DNA from: a virus
Direction: 5' to 3' (one strand)
Length of the DNA stretch: 64,000 nucleotides
Virus genome (UHGV): UHGV-1373362
Part shown: in pieces, positions 27,520 to 37,043 of the stretch
How the letters are laid out: each line of letters starts with the position of its first letter
Numbering within the stretch: the first letter of the stretch is position 1
Notes under the pieces: model-generated
Told to the model about the DNA's origin: nothing
Seen by the model: only the letters and a program-made list of their open reading frames with translations
The model's database searches: none
Position numbers and translations under genes: made by a program

Positions 27520-28134
27520 ATGGCAATTAACTTGCAAAAAGGTGGACGTATTGACCTTTCTAAGGAGTCCACAGCTAGTGTGTTTAGAATTGGTTTGGGC
27601 TGGGATGCAGCACAACCTGGTAAAGAATTTGACTTGGATGCTATGGCTATTCTGCTTGGTGCTGATGGTAAAGCTGTAAGTGACGATGCAATGGCTCTGT
27701 TTGGGCAGTTGGACGGTCCTGAAGCTATAGCTGCTACTGGTTGTATCCATCATTCAGGCGATAACCGTACTGGTGCAGGTGATGGTGATGATGAAACTAT
27801 CACTATTGACACTGCTAAGGTTCCTGCCAATGTTCAGGAAATTGTAGTTCTTGTCAATATCCATGATGCCAAGAATCGTCAGCAGAACTTTGGTATGGTA
27901 AAGAATGCCAAGGTTAACCTGTATGAAGGTGCAGAAGGTAACAACGTTCTTGCCAAGTATGACCTGGAAGAAGATGCTTCTATGGATAGAGCATTGGTAT
28001 TCTGCAGACTGTATCGCAAGGATGGAGCATGGAAGTTCCAAGCTGTGAACGAAGGTAAGGGTAACTATCAGAATGTGTTACTGTGTGACATTCTGTCCAG
28101 TTATGGTATCAACGCAGGTCCAAACAATCTGTAA
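27520..28134 (+). CDS. terD: TerD-domain (tellurium-resistance-like) protein
   Basis: GDNRTGAGDGDDETITID matches the TerD Ca2+-binding signature (GDN.TG.GDGDDE). Confidence 0.8.
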   Translation: MAINLQKGGRIDLSKESTASVFRIGLGWDAAQPGKEFDLDAMAILLGADGKAVSDDAMALFGQLDGPEAIAATGCIHHSGDNRTGAGDGDDETITIDTAKVPANVQEIVVLVNIHDAKNRQQNFGMVKNAKVNLYEGAEGNNVLAKYDLEEDASMDRALVFCRLYRKDGAWKFQAVNEGKGNYQNVLLCDILSSYGINAGPNNL

Positions 28135-28137
28135 GCT

Positions 28138-28785
28138 ATGATAAATCTTAACAAAGACCTAGTAGCAGGAGGTCGTATCAACCTTAGTAAGGATGATAAC
28201 GGCAATGCCCTTACTCGTATCTTCTTTGGTGCTAACTGGGGAATGATCAACAAGGGTGGTGGATTTTTGGGATTTGGTAGTAGTAAGGAGAAGGTTGACT
28301 TGGATAGTTCAGCGGTATGTCTGGATGAAAATAAGAGACCCATTGAAACTATATCTTATTACCATTTACGTGCTAACAACAACTCTATCTTCCATTCTGG
28401 TGATGATAGAGGTGGTGATGAATTTGATGATGGATGTGACAATGAAACTATTACGGTAGATTTACCTAATGTAGATTCTCGTGTTCATCATATTGTCTTT
28501 ATTCTCAATAATTATACTCAACAGAAATTTGAAAAGCTCCCTTATATGGGCTTGAGAATTTATACTACTGCTAATGGTAAAATTTCCAGACGTATTAGTG
28601 ATGAGGGAACTATCTTGGCACAAGTTAAGCTAGATCCTAAATCTGATAAGTATATTGGGAAAAAGGGAATTATTCTTGGCGAGGTGTATCGTCATAACGG
28701 TGAGTGGAAGTTCAAAACAATTGATGTTACCGGAACTTGGGGTTCAATTGGAGAAATCACTAGAGAACTTCCTTCCATTATCTAA
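28138..28785 (+). CDS. TerD-domain protein (second paralog)
   Basis: GDDRGGDEFDDGCDNETITVDL is a TerD-type motif. Same size class as the adjacent paralog. Confidence 0.7.
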   Translation: MINLNKDLVAGGRINLSKDDNGNALTRIFFGANWGMINKGGGFLGFGSSKEKVDLDSSAVCLDENKRPIETISYYHLRANNNSIFHSGDDRGGDEFDDGCDNETITVDLPNVDSRVHHIVFILNNYTQQKFEKLPYMGLRIYTTANGKISRRISDEGTILAQVKLDPKSDKYIGKKGIILGEVYRHNGEWKFKTIDVTGTWGSIGEITRELPSII

Positions 28786-28808
28786 CAACTATTTAAAACT
28801 AAACTAAA

Positions 28809-29171
28809 ATGGATTATCAAGAAGTATTAAAGCTCCGAGAGGAAATCTTTGCTGATGGTAAAGTAACCAAAGAGGAAGTTGAACTATTATGGAGCAAAAA
28901 GGATGAGCTTGAAGAGACATCTGCGGAATTTGGCAGTTTGTTTGCGGAGGCTGTAATGGCATGGCTGTTAGATGATGGTATTATTGATGAGGAAGAGGCT
29001 CAATATATCATCAATAAAATTACCGAGGATGATACAATCGATGATGCCGAATTGGAACTACTTTACAGCCTGAACGATGTATATCAATCAGGTCTGTTAC
29101 TTCCTAAATGTCTATTAGAAGCATTCCCAGACTTCTTTACGGAAGACGAGGAAGAGGGGATAGAAGAGTAA
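28809..29171 (+). CDS. acidic TerB-like protein
   Basis: 120 aa, highly acidic, with repeated DG..EE motifs (ADGKVTKEEVELL, DDGIIDEEEAQYI) reminiscent of TerB. Confidence 0.35.
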   Translation: MDYQEVLKLREEIFADGKVTKEEVELLWSKKDELEETSAEFGSLFAEAVMAWLLDDGIIDEEEAQYIINKITEDDTIDDAELELLYSLNDVYQSGLLLPKCLLEAFPDFFTEDEEEGIEE

Positions 29172-29206
29172 TTCTCTTCGTGTAATTTATAACGTATGTC
29201 GAGATT

Positions 29207-31702
29207 ATGAATACAGTAGGATTAAGTGATAATGAAGTATTACAGAGTAGGAACCTTTATGGTTCTAACATACTAACTCCACCTAAAAGAGACCCCTGGT
29301 ATATTCTTCTATTAGAGAAGTTCAAAGATCCTCTGATAGAGATCTTATGCGTTGCAGCTATAATTGCATTAATATTAGGTATAATCAAGCTAGAGTTTGA
29401 GGAACCTATAGGAATTATTCTTGCTATATGTTTAGCTGTAGGAATGGGATTTTTGAATGAGTGGAGTGCTGCCAAGAAGTTTGATATTATGAATCAAGTA
29501 TCAGACGACATTCTTGTAAAGGTTAGGCGTAGTGGTCATGTAACCCAAATACCACGGAAGGATTTAGTTGTAGGAGACATAGTAATTCTAGAGTCAGGGG
29601 AAGAGATTCCCGCTGATATAAAAATACTTGAATCTCACAATCTAAGGATTAACGAGTCTGCCCTAACAGGGGAATCCAAGGCCGTTATTAAAATGTCTAT
29701 AACTGAAGGAGAGAACAATGGTACATATCCTTCAGATATGGTACTTAGGGGAACTACAATTGAAGAGGGAACAGCGACAGGTGTAGTTACAGCAGTTGGT
29801 GATAAAACTGAAATTGGCAAAACTGCCAGACAAGCTGCTGAAATTACTGATGTTACAACCCCATTAAATAAGCAACTTAATGGTTTAGCTGAACTAATAA
29901 ATAAGATTGCTTACGGCGCCGCAACCTTTCTAATTATCTCTTTATTAGTAAAGTATTTCTTTATTGAGAAGGGGTATATAGGACAAGACTGGATGCAAAT
30001 AGCGAATGATATGCTATCATGTTTAATGATTGCAGTAGCATTGATTGTAGTAGCTGTACCAGAGGGTTTACCAATGGCAGTTACATTAGCTCTAGCATAT
30101 TCAATGAAAAGAATGTCTAGGGCTAATAATCTAGTTCGTAAAATGCATGCATGTGAAACTCTTGGAGCAACTACATTAATATTGACTGATAAGACTGGGA
30201 CACTTACTCAAAATAAAATGAAAGTGGTAGACTCTAATATTACTGATGATAGTTATTTAAAATATAACATCTTAGGTAATAGTACTGCTTTTATTGAAGG
30301 GGACAAGACTATTGGAAATCCTACAGAGGGTGCCTTAATAAGGCATCTTAATGTAAGCCAAGCAGGGGTTGATATTCTTAGGGAGGAATGCAAACCTGTC
30401 TATAGAGAGGAGTTCTCCAGTAAGTCCAAATACATGCTTACAGTCATTATGCGGGGTGATAGGTATATAGGTCTAATTAAAGGAGCACCAGAAGTAGTTG
30501 AAGGATTCTGTACTGAGGTACCACTCGATGTAGATGCTACAACTCAGCAGTATCGAGGCCGACGAGTAATTGGCTTTGCCTTTAAGGTTACTGACACTCT
30601 TGAAGATGCCGCTTCCCTTACAGGCTATAACTACAATGGTTATATGGCTATTGAAGATCCTATTAGACCTGATGTCCCTGAAGCAATTAGAGCTGCGAAG
30701 AAGGCAGGCATCAAAGTTAAAATCATCACTGGAGACAATCCAACTACAGCTATAGAGATAGCTAGGCAAGCAGGATTGAGTGATTCACCACAAGGAATGG
30801 CTGGTATTGATATGAGGAATAAGTCGAATCCATATGATTCGGTTACAGGTATTTCTACTATTGATGTCTTTGCCAGAACGAAACCTGAAGACAAGCAAAC
30901 ACTGGTTACAGAGTTTCAAGCTCTAGGTGAAGTGGTGGCTATGACCGGTGATGGTACTAACGACGCCCCAGCACTTAATCATGCTGAAGTGGGTATAGCC
31001 ATGAATAATGGCACCGATGTGGCTAAAGAAGCTGCTGACATTATTCTACTCGACAATTCATTCCCCTCTATCATCTTGGGAGTAAAGTGGGGTAGAAGCT
31101 TGTATAAAAATATACAACACTTTATTCTATTCCAATTGACCATTAACGTAGTTGCTATATTAATTGCGTGCGTAGGTCCATTTATTGGAGTGAATTTACC
31201 CTTCACTGTAGTACAGATGTTATGGGTAAACTTAATCATGGATACATTTGCTGCACTGGCGTTAGCTACTGAGCCAGCTAACGATGCAGTTATGGAAGAA
31301 GCACCTAGAGATCCTAAGGCATTCATTATCACTAAGAACATGTGGTGGGAAATTTTAGGTAAAGGTCTCATATTCTTCTTATTCTTAACCTGGTTGCTTA
31401 TAGGCGAAAAGGTTTCACTAAGCTACTTCTTTACAATATTTGTATTGTTGCAGTGGTGGAACTTATTTAATGCTAGAGTATTTGGGCAAAAGAGAAGTAT
31501 CTTTGATGGCTTACTAAAGAATCCTGCATTTATAGGAATCTCTTTAGTTATTTTAGTAGGTCAATTCTTAATAGTGCAATTTGGTGGAGATATGTTCCGT
31601 ACAGAACCTATTCCTCTAAATCATTGGGGTTTACTAATAGCAGGAACTTCAATAGTAGCTATATTTAGAGAATTGAAATATCAAATAAGCAAAATCTTTT
31701 GA
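29207..31702 (+). CDS. P-type cation-transporting ATPase (type IIA Ca2+-ATPase-like)
   Basis: Phosphorylation motif DKTGTLT, hinge GDGTNDAPAL, PEGLP transport motif (VAVPEGLPMAVTLALAY) and about 10 TM helices. 831 aa. Confidence 0.9.
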   Translation: MNTVGLSDNEVLQSRNLYGSNILTPPKRDPWYILLLEKFKDPLIEILCVAAIIALILGIIKLEFEEPIGIILAICLAVGMGFLNEWSAAKKFDIMNQVSDDILVKVRRSGHVTQIPRKDLVVGDIVILESGEEIPADIKILESHNLRINESALTGESKAVIKMSITEGENNGTYPSDMVLRGTTIEEGTATGVVTAVGDKTEIGKTARQAAEITDVTTPLNKQLNGLAELINKIAYGAATFLIISLLVKYFFIEKGYIGQDWMQIANDMLSCLMIAVALIVVAVPEGLPMAVTLALAYSMKRMSRANNLVRKMHACETLGATTLILTDKTGTLTQNKMKVVDSNITDDSYLKYNILGNSTAFIEGDKTIGNPTEGALIRHLNVSQAGVDILREECKPVYREEFSSKSKYMLTVIMRGDRYIGLIKGAPEVVEGFCTEVPLDVDATTQQYRGRRVIGFAFKVTDTLEDAASLTGYNYNGYMAIEDPIRPDVPEAIRAAKKAGIKVKIITGDNPTTAIEIARQAGLSDSPQGMAGIDMRNKSNPYDSVTGISTIDVFARTKPEDKQTLVTEFQALGEVVAMTGDGTNDAPALNHAEVGIAMNNGTDVAKEAADIILLDNSFPSIILGVKWGRSLYKNIQHFILFQLTINVVAILIACVGPFIGVNLPFTVVQMLWVNLIMDTFAALALATEPANDAVMEEAPRDPKAFIITKNMWWEILGKGLIFFLFLTWLLIGEKVSLSYFFTIFVLLQWWNLFNARVFGQKRSIFDGLLKNPAFIGISLVILVGQFLIVQFGGDMFRTEPIPLNHWGLLIAGTSIVAIFRELKYQISKIF

Positions 31703-32103
31703 GTATGGAATATTGGATATTATATCTTTGTGGTATAGCTGATCCTATTCATACGTTATTTAGAGTCTTTGGTATTATTGGAACTATAGTTGGTGTAATT
31801 AGTATACTTTTTAACATGTGTGCTAGTAGTCCCAACTGTGATAAATGCTACAGAACATGTATAGCTAGCATAGTATCCCATAATATGAAGGTTAAAGGAA
31901 TTAAAGTTTTGAGCATTAGTATAACAATACTGTTGGTTTCATGTTTAATCCCTAGATCCAAAGACTGTTATGCTTTATTTGGCATAGGGACGATTCTTAA
32001 TTACGTTAACAATAGTAACGAGGCTAAGAAGATTCCAGATAACGCATTGAAAGCAGTGAACCATTACTTGGAGTTATTAACTCCTAGTGACTCCATACAA
32101 TAA
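31699..32103 (+). CDS. membrane protein
   Basis: 134 aa with 2-3 hydrophobic helices. Start overlaps the ATPase stop. Confidence 0.4.
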   Translation: MSMEYWILYLCGIADPIHTLFRVFGIIGTIVGVISILFNMCASSPNCDKCYRTCIASIVSHNMKVKGIKVLSISITILLVSCLIPRSKDCYALFGIGTILNYVNNSNEAKKIPDNALKAVNHYLELLTPSDSIQ

Positions 32104-32188
32104 AGAACTTGGGGTCAATGCTGGTTAAAATCAGTGTTGGCCCTATTTTTTTTAAGATGGATGGTATGTAACTGACTAGTAACTTTTA

Positions 32189-32677
32189 GTGAAAGGACTA
32201 AGTAAAGTTAAGGCATGGCTCGAAAGAATGAACTTTAACCAAATAGAGCAAGTGGGCGATACTAATTCAGAGTATTTCCAATTAGCTGGGTTTCCCATTA
32301 CTATTAGGTTAGGAGATCATTTAGGTAGAGCTAATACAATTTCTGACAAATACATCAACCTATTACCTGGTGATAGTTCAGAGTCGTATGTTCTGGTTAT
32401 AAATAAGACTACCAAAGTTGTTAAGTATAGAGAGTTACTCAAAGTAATAAGTGGCTTTATTTCTCTCTATTCAGTTCTTCCTGATTATATGAAGTTTAGA
32501 TCTGATATGAAAAGGGAGTTTCAACAGAAGGAAGCTAGTTTAAATACAGAAATTAACAATTTGAGGACTAATATGAATGCATTTAAGTCTAAAATGAAAG
32601 ACAAATTAAATGGATTCAGTCAGGCTTTGAAGAAAGTTAATAACGATATTGTAGTAGAAATGAGTAATCTATTATGA
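32189..32677 (+). CDS. hypothetical protein
   Basis: 162-aa ORF. Confidence 0.4.
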   Translation: MKGLSKVKAWLERMNFNQIEQVGDTNSEYFQLAGFPITIRLGDHLGRANTISDKYINLLPGDSSESYVLVINKTTKVVKYRELLKVISGFISLYSVLPDYMKFRSDMKREFQQKEASLNTEINNLRTNMNAFKSKMKDKLNGFSQALKKVNNDIVVEMSNLL

Positions 32678-33069
32678 ATATAATTAATAATATAATTGAT
32701 TCCTGGAAGCATATACCTTATACTCTTAGACATTACAAAGCATTCCTTAAGACTGAGAAGAAGTATTTAAAGTCTTATAAATATAAGTTCCATGATTTAG
32801 ACAAAGTACTAATGTACATTCTAATTCCTTGGGTAGGAACTAAACGTATTAAAGAAGTGCATAGGTTTTTCAACTCACACCATATCCAAAATTACAAGAA
32901 TCCTCTTAATTGTAACTACGAGGAGGCAGCTATTGACTGGGAATGTTGTAGATTTACTAAACCTAATGAACCTATGAGTGCAAGGGAATATCTAGAATAT
33001 AAGAGGGGAACCCTAGATTATTTACATTACTACAGAATGGATGAGGCTTTGAAACGATTAGGATTATAG
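32674..33069 (+). CDS. hypothetical protein
   Basis: 131-aa ORF. Confidence 0.4.
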   Translation: MNIINNIIDSWKHIPYTLRHYKAFLKTEKKYLKSYKYKFHDLDKVLMYILIPWVGTKRIKEVHRFFNSHHIQNYKNPLNCNYEEAAIDWECCRFTKPNEPMSAREYLEYKRGTLDYLHYYRMDEALKRLGL

Positions 33070-33070
33070 G

Positions 33071-33346
33071 ATGGTTATTCAAGAAACTGATTTTAGGATG
33101 ATTCCTAGTGGTGTCAACACTCATTTCTGGGATTTAGAGCTATTACAGACGATAAAACCTAGAGGTGGTAAAGAGAGACAAGAGTTTAAAGAGGCAGGAT
33201 ATGGGATGTTATTTGAAACTTGTATAGAGAGAATCGCCCATTACCGTACCGTAAACAATTGCCCTGATGTGGTATCATTAAAGGAATATTTTGAAGATTA
33301 CATTAAGCACATAAAGGAGCTTAAAGAACTATGTAAAGGATGCTAG
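33071..33346 (+). CDS. hypothetical protein
   Basis: 91-aa ORF. Confidence 0.4.
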   Translation: MVIQETDFRMIPSGVNTHFWDLELLQTIKPRGGKERQEFKEAGYGMLFETCIERIAHYRTVNNCPDVVSLKEYFEDYIKHIKELKELCKGC

Positions 33347-33347
33347 C

Positions 33348-33512
33348 TATGGCTTTAGAAAATCAGGGTGTACCCAAACGTAAAAGAAAGGTGACTTCAA
33401 CCAAAGTGATATATTGTACGAGGTGTGGTAAGAATACTACTCATAGTCTTTATAATACTGAAGAAGTAATCTACAGATGTGTCATCTGTGGTAGTTTAAT
33501 TGAAAAGAAATA
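33348..33512 (+). CDS. small zinc-ribbon protein (54 aa)
   Basis: ATG..TAA ORF with CTRCG...CVICG (two CxxC pairs). Not in the supplied track because it is under 60 aa. Confidence 0.35.
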
Positions 33513-33515
33513 ACA

Positions 33516-33905
33516 TTGTTTATGCAAAAGAAAGTAGAATTAGACCCAGTTCATGTTCATAATGATGCAGAAATGGTATCATTAAAGTTGAGACAACCTC
33601 TAAAAGCTCGTAGGGATCCATCGGTATGGACTAAGACCGAGAAGGAGAGAAGACTGTGGAAACAACACCGCAGATTTCCTGTTCCAGACTCTAAATGGTC
33701 TGCCCCTACTAAGGTGTCAAGATTTGTAGGAAGACTGACTGTACATGTCCGTGGCTTAGATAAAACCACTTACAGTCATAAGTGCGTTGAAACTGATGTT
33801 CCTTACTTATTAAGTAAGTATCGCACTGATAAATCAATGATTATAAGAGCATTCTGGAATGGCAAAGAAATTGACCCAGAACGTTTACTCTTACAAGCAG
33901 TATAG
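33516..33905 (+). CDS. hypothetical protein
   Basis: 129-aa basic ORF. Confidence 0.4.
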   Translation: MFMQKKVELDPVHVHNDAEMVSLKLRQPLKARRDPSVWTKTEKERRLWKQHRRFPVPDSKWSAPTKVSRFVGRLTVHVRGLDKTTYSHKCVETDVPYLLSKYRTDKSMIIRAFWNGKEIDPERLLLQAV

Positions 33906-34170
33906 GCTTACCGAGTGTTCTAAATTTCTGTATGAAGTATCTTTATACAAGATATGGAAAGACAGATCTGAATCAATTGACAGCCAGTTTTATGCTTCTG
34001 AGGTACCACTAAAGGTCAAAGAAGCTACTTTCGTTAAAATGAAAGATTACACATTGGCTAGGTTTGTAACTTGGCTAGGTGCACCCGCAGATTATTTAAA
34101 AAATAATTTTAAATTAATTACTGATGAGGGTAATAGACGCAAACGGAAACCCAGAACAAAAACAAACTAG
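33859..34170 (+). CDS. hypothetical protein
   Basis: 103-aa ORF overlapping its neighbours; uncertain. Confidence 0.3.
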   Translation: MAKKLTQNVYSYKQYRLTECSKFLYEVSLYKIWKDRSESIDSQFYASEVPLKVKEATFVKMKDYTLARFVTWLGAPADYLKNNFKLITDEGNRRKRKPRTKTN

Positions 34171-34204
34171 TCAAGGTACTAAGACAGTAGGTGCACCATC
34201 TACT

Positions 34205-34783
34205 ATGACTTATACCGAGAGGACTATTGATACTACTAGACGTAAGTGCACTTTGTCTAGTGTAATGATTGAAATGTTAGTCAAGCAAATGTCTGCTGAA
34301 TTGGCTAACCACTCATTATACAGGACATTTGCTAATTACTTTGATGTAGAGGGGTTGCCTAAGTTAGCAACTTATTGGTTGGGAAGGGCTGCTGAGGAAT
34401 ATCTGCATCATGAGTGGATCTATAAATATTTAACTACTAATGATGCTTTGTTTCAATATCCACCAGTCCCCCCAATCAGTGTGGACATTACTGATAGGGT
34501 AATGCCTTTCGCTGCAACTGTGGATAGGGAGATTGAAACCACTATGGGCATTAACAAAATTGTGGATCAAGCACAAAAAGAAGGTGATTGGGCTACATTC
34601 CAGTGGTTGAATGGAGAGGATGAGGAAGAAGGTAGACTTGTTAAAGAGCAGGTAGAAGAAGAATCTATCTCTAGAACCATACTAGACATGGCTAGAGAAG
34701 AGGGATCTTGGCTTCGTAAGCAGTCTACTATATTGGCCTTCTATCGTAATCCAGAAAGCCTACAGCCTTCAAGAAAGGCATAG
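34205..34783 (+). CDS. ferritin-like (Dps/ferritin fold) protein
   Basis: E..H..Y...A.EE..H..W..YL pattern of ferritin-like diiron helices (QMSAELANHSLYRTFANYF...AAEEYLHHEWIYKYL). Start taken at an internal ATG to avoid overlap; the track ORF starts at 34124. Confidence 0.45.
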   Translation: MTYTERTIDTTRRKCTLSSVMIEMLVKQMSAELANHSLYRTFANYFDVEGLPKLATYWLGRAAEEYLHHEWIYKYLTTNDALFQYPPVPPISVDITDRVMPFAATVDREIETTMGINKIVDQAQKEGDWATFQWLNGEDEEEGRLVKEQVEEESISRTILDMAREEGSWLRKQSTILAFYRNPESLQPSRKA

Positions 34784-34836
34784 CTAGATTATACAACTAT
34801 AGAGATCTTCTTGAAAAATTTTTAATTCTTATTAGA

Positions 34837-35355
34837 ATGATTAGAGCAGAATTTATTACAGGTTCATTTGTTGACTATATAGGCTTAGAAAGGCAATTCG
34901 TATTGGCTGCAGCTAGTATTCATGGAGAGTCCGACTTATATGTAGAAGAGAACTTAGAATGTATTGATACCGGTGACAAGGTATTATCTCTAGGTATTTC
35001 GGTTTGCAGAGCTGGTGACGAGTTTAACGTAGAACTTGGCAAGAAAATTGCATTGGGTAAGGCAATTAAACGCCGTAATCATGCAATGTATGCAACAGAT
35101 GCAGGATTAATCAATGATACGGTGGTGAAGGCCTTACTTCAACAAGAGGCGGAGTATTTTAAAGTTAATCCTGGCCGTTATATCACTGGATATGACAAAG
35201 ATGCTGCAAGATATAAGAAGGGAAAGGAACTATGTGAGTATATTCAAAGTCTCTCTGGGGACGCAAAAGGTGCTTTTAACTTCTTAACGGAAGCCCCGAA
35301 TGATGACATTGAGAAACTTCTTGATGCCGCTAATTACATGAATGAGAAGGGGTGA
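34837..35355 (+). CDS. hypothetical protein
   Basis: 172-aa ORF. Confidence 0.45.
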   Translation: MIRAEFITGSFVDYIGLERQFVLAAASIHGESDLYVEENLECIDTGDKVLSLGISVCRAGDEFNVELGKKIALGKAIKRRNHAMYATDAGLINDTVVKALLQQEAEYFKVNPGRYITGYDKDAARYKKGKELCEYIQSLSGDAKGAFNFLTEAPNDDIEKLLDAANYMNEKG

Positions 35356-35657
35356 AAAAACTCCTCTGGGCAATACTAATTATAATGGCAGTGGCCATTA
35401 TTATATGGCGCCCTAAACATGAAGAAAACATAACACCTAACTATCAGGAGTTAATTCACAGGATTGATTCCTTGGATAGTCAACTGAATTTATTAAAACT
35501 TGAAAGGGATTCTTTATATAACGTGATAGATTCCTCGGTTGCTAAGGTGGAAGTAATAGAGCATTGGTATGAAAAGGAGCTTATTGATGTTACTCATCAG
35601 TCTATTGCCGATGATGTGGTGTTCTTCACAGAATACCTATCCGAAGCTAGTAAGTGA
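35352..35657 (+). CDS. membrane-anchored coiled-coil protein (i-spanin-like?)
   Basis: N-terminal TM MKKLLWAILIIMAVAIIIW followed by a coiled coil. Overlaps the next ORF by 89 nt in another frame. Confidence 0.35.
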   Translation: MKKLLWAILIIMAVAIIIWRPKHEENITPNYQELIHRIDSLDSQLNLLKLERDSLYNVIDSSVAKVEVIEHWYEKELIDVTHQSIADDVVFFTEYLSEASK

Positions 35658-35982
35658 TTCACTGATCGCTATAACTCCACAACAGCTCAAAGCCACAAAC
35701 TTGATATTCTTAGAACATAAGAGGTATAAGTTAGAAATACCAGAGCTTAACAAGCAAATTACTTCTTATAGAGGTTTAGTCAACTCCTACATGGAGTCTG
35801 ATTCTGTCAAATCAGAGCAGATACTTTGGCTTAATAGTTATATTACTGAAGTAAATAAGACTGTAGAGTTAAAGAGTAGGGAGATTGATAAACTTAGTTC
35901 TAGGAATAGACTCTATAAGGGATTAACAATATGTGGATTTACTGTTAGTGTGGTGTTAGTAATTGCATTGTTATGTAATTAA
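35569..35982 (+). CDS. signal-peptide protein with C-terminal TM (o-/u-spanin-like?)
   Basis: N-terminal signal ending at Cys (LLPMMWCSS), coiled coil, and C-terminal hydrophobic segment. Overlapping arrangement with the upstream ORF as in spanin gene pairs. Confidence 0.3.
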   Translation: MKRSLLMLLISLLPMMWCSSQNTYPKLVSDSLIAITPQQLKATNLIFLEHKRYKLEIPELNKQITSYRGLVNSYMESDSVKSEQILWLNSYITEVNKTVELKSREIDKLSSRNRLYKGLTICGFTVSVVLVIALLCN

Positions 35983-36017
35983 ATTTTAATAATAGATAAT
36001 TTTATAAAATCAAAAGT

Positions 36018-36218
36018 ATGAACTTTACAGACATCTTTAAAGGGAGTTACCTAGTGGCTCTTATAGGTGCAGTTATTGTCTGTGCAGTATTAACTCTATT
36101 TGGTGTACCCGCAATTGCTGTATACGTAGTAATGTTTGCGTTAGGTTGCAACAACAAGAATTTTGCTGAATGGATAGAAGATAAGGTCTTAAGTAAACTA
36201 AGAGACCTATTTCAATAA
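36018..36218 (+). CDS. small two-TM membrane protein (holin-like?)
   Basis: 66 aa with two hydrophobic helices and a charged C-terminus. Confidence 0.3.
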   Translation: MNFTDIFKGSYLVALIGAVIVCAVLTLFGVPAIAVYVVMFALGCNNKNFAEWIEDKVLSKLRDLFQ

Positions 36219-36247
36219 CATGTTATCTGAATTAGTTAAGTTGGCAA

Positions 36248-36445
36248 GTGACCTTTAGGGTGTTACTTACTAAAATGGCAAAACAAATCGACTCTACTTC
36301 TTTCGATCGAGATAAGGATGGAGTTAAATTCCAACATCCAGAGAGAACATGTAAGGAATGTTTGAAATACCCATGCTTCCGAGGTCAAGAATCTCGTAGG
36401 TGTGATTATGCCAAATATGGATGTAAGAAGTATAAAGATGAATAA
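36248..36445 (+). CDS. small Cys-rich protein
   Basis: 65 aa containing CKECLKYPC...C..C. Confidence 0.35.
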   Translation: MTFRVLLTKMAKQIDSTSFDRDKDGVKFQHPERTCKECLKYPCFRGQESRRCDYAKYGCKKYKDE

Positions 36446-36465
36446 CGTTTAAGTAATACACTGAG

Positions 36466-36687
36466 ATGGCATTATACAATATTTATACAGGACACAAGGG
36501 TAAATTAAATTACGAAATAACAGAAGAATTTAGTAATGCGCTAGAGGCAGATCTATATGCTCAGGAAATAGCTGAAACGGATGCTCGTGAATTTGGGTAT
36601 CCTATTAGTGATTGTTATTGGTTAGCTGTAGAAACTGAATCAGATAATATCCCTTATGATCAACGTGTTGGATTAATGTACATATAA
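36466..36687 (+). CDS. hypothetical protein
   Basis: 73-aa ORF. Confidence 0.35.
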   Translation: MALYNIYTGHKGKLNYEITEEFSNALEADLYAQEIAETDAREFGYPISDCYWLAVETESDNIPYDQRVGLMYI

Positions 36688-36980
36688 TGGGAGTCATTCA
36701 TGCCAAGTTACTTGCCTATAGGGAGGACGTAGGTGATTACATCATCTATGCTTTTGAAAACTTAACGGACGGGACTTATGAAATATGTACCCGATTGCCT
36801 AGATGGGAATCTCCGATTCTTAAAGTGGGTGATATCGGGTTTCTAAAGTATAAGGAGGTTGTAGCTGGTGAGGATACTTGGTATGACTGGACTACCGGTC
36901 GTCATGTGCCTTACAAACAACCAGGAGTATACTTTATAGACTTCGTTTGTGAGAAACCAGTTGAAGATTTAACATTATAA
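36687..36980 (+). CDS. hypothetical protein
   Basis: 97-aa ORF. Confidence 0.35.
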   Translation: MGVIHAKLLAYREDVGDYIIYAFENLTDGTYEICTRLPRWESPILKVGDIGFLKYKEVVAGEDTWYDWTTGRHVPYKQPGVYFIDFVCEKPVEDLTL

Positions 36981-37043
36981 ACAGATGAAACAGAATAATA
37001 GAAGAGATTATTTTATATAAAAGAAGAAATATAAAATGACAAT

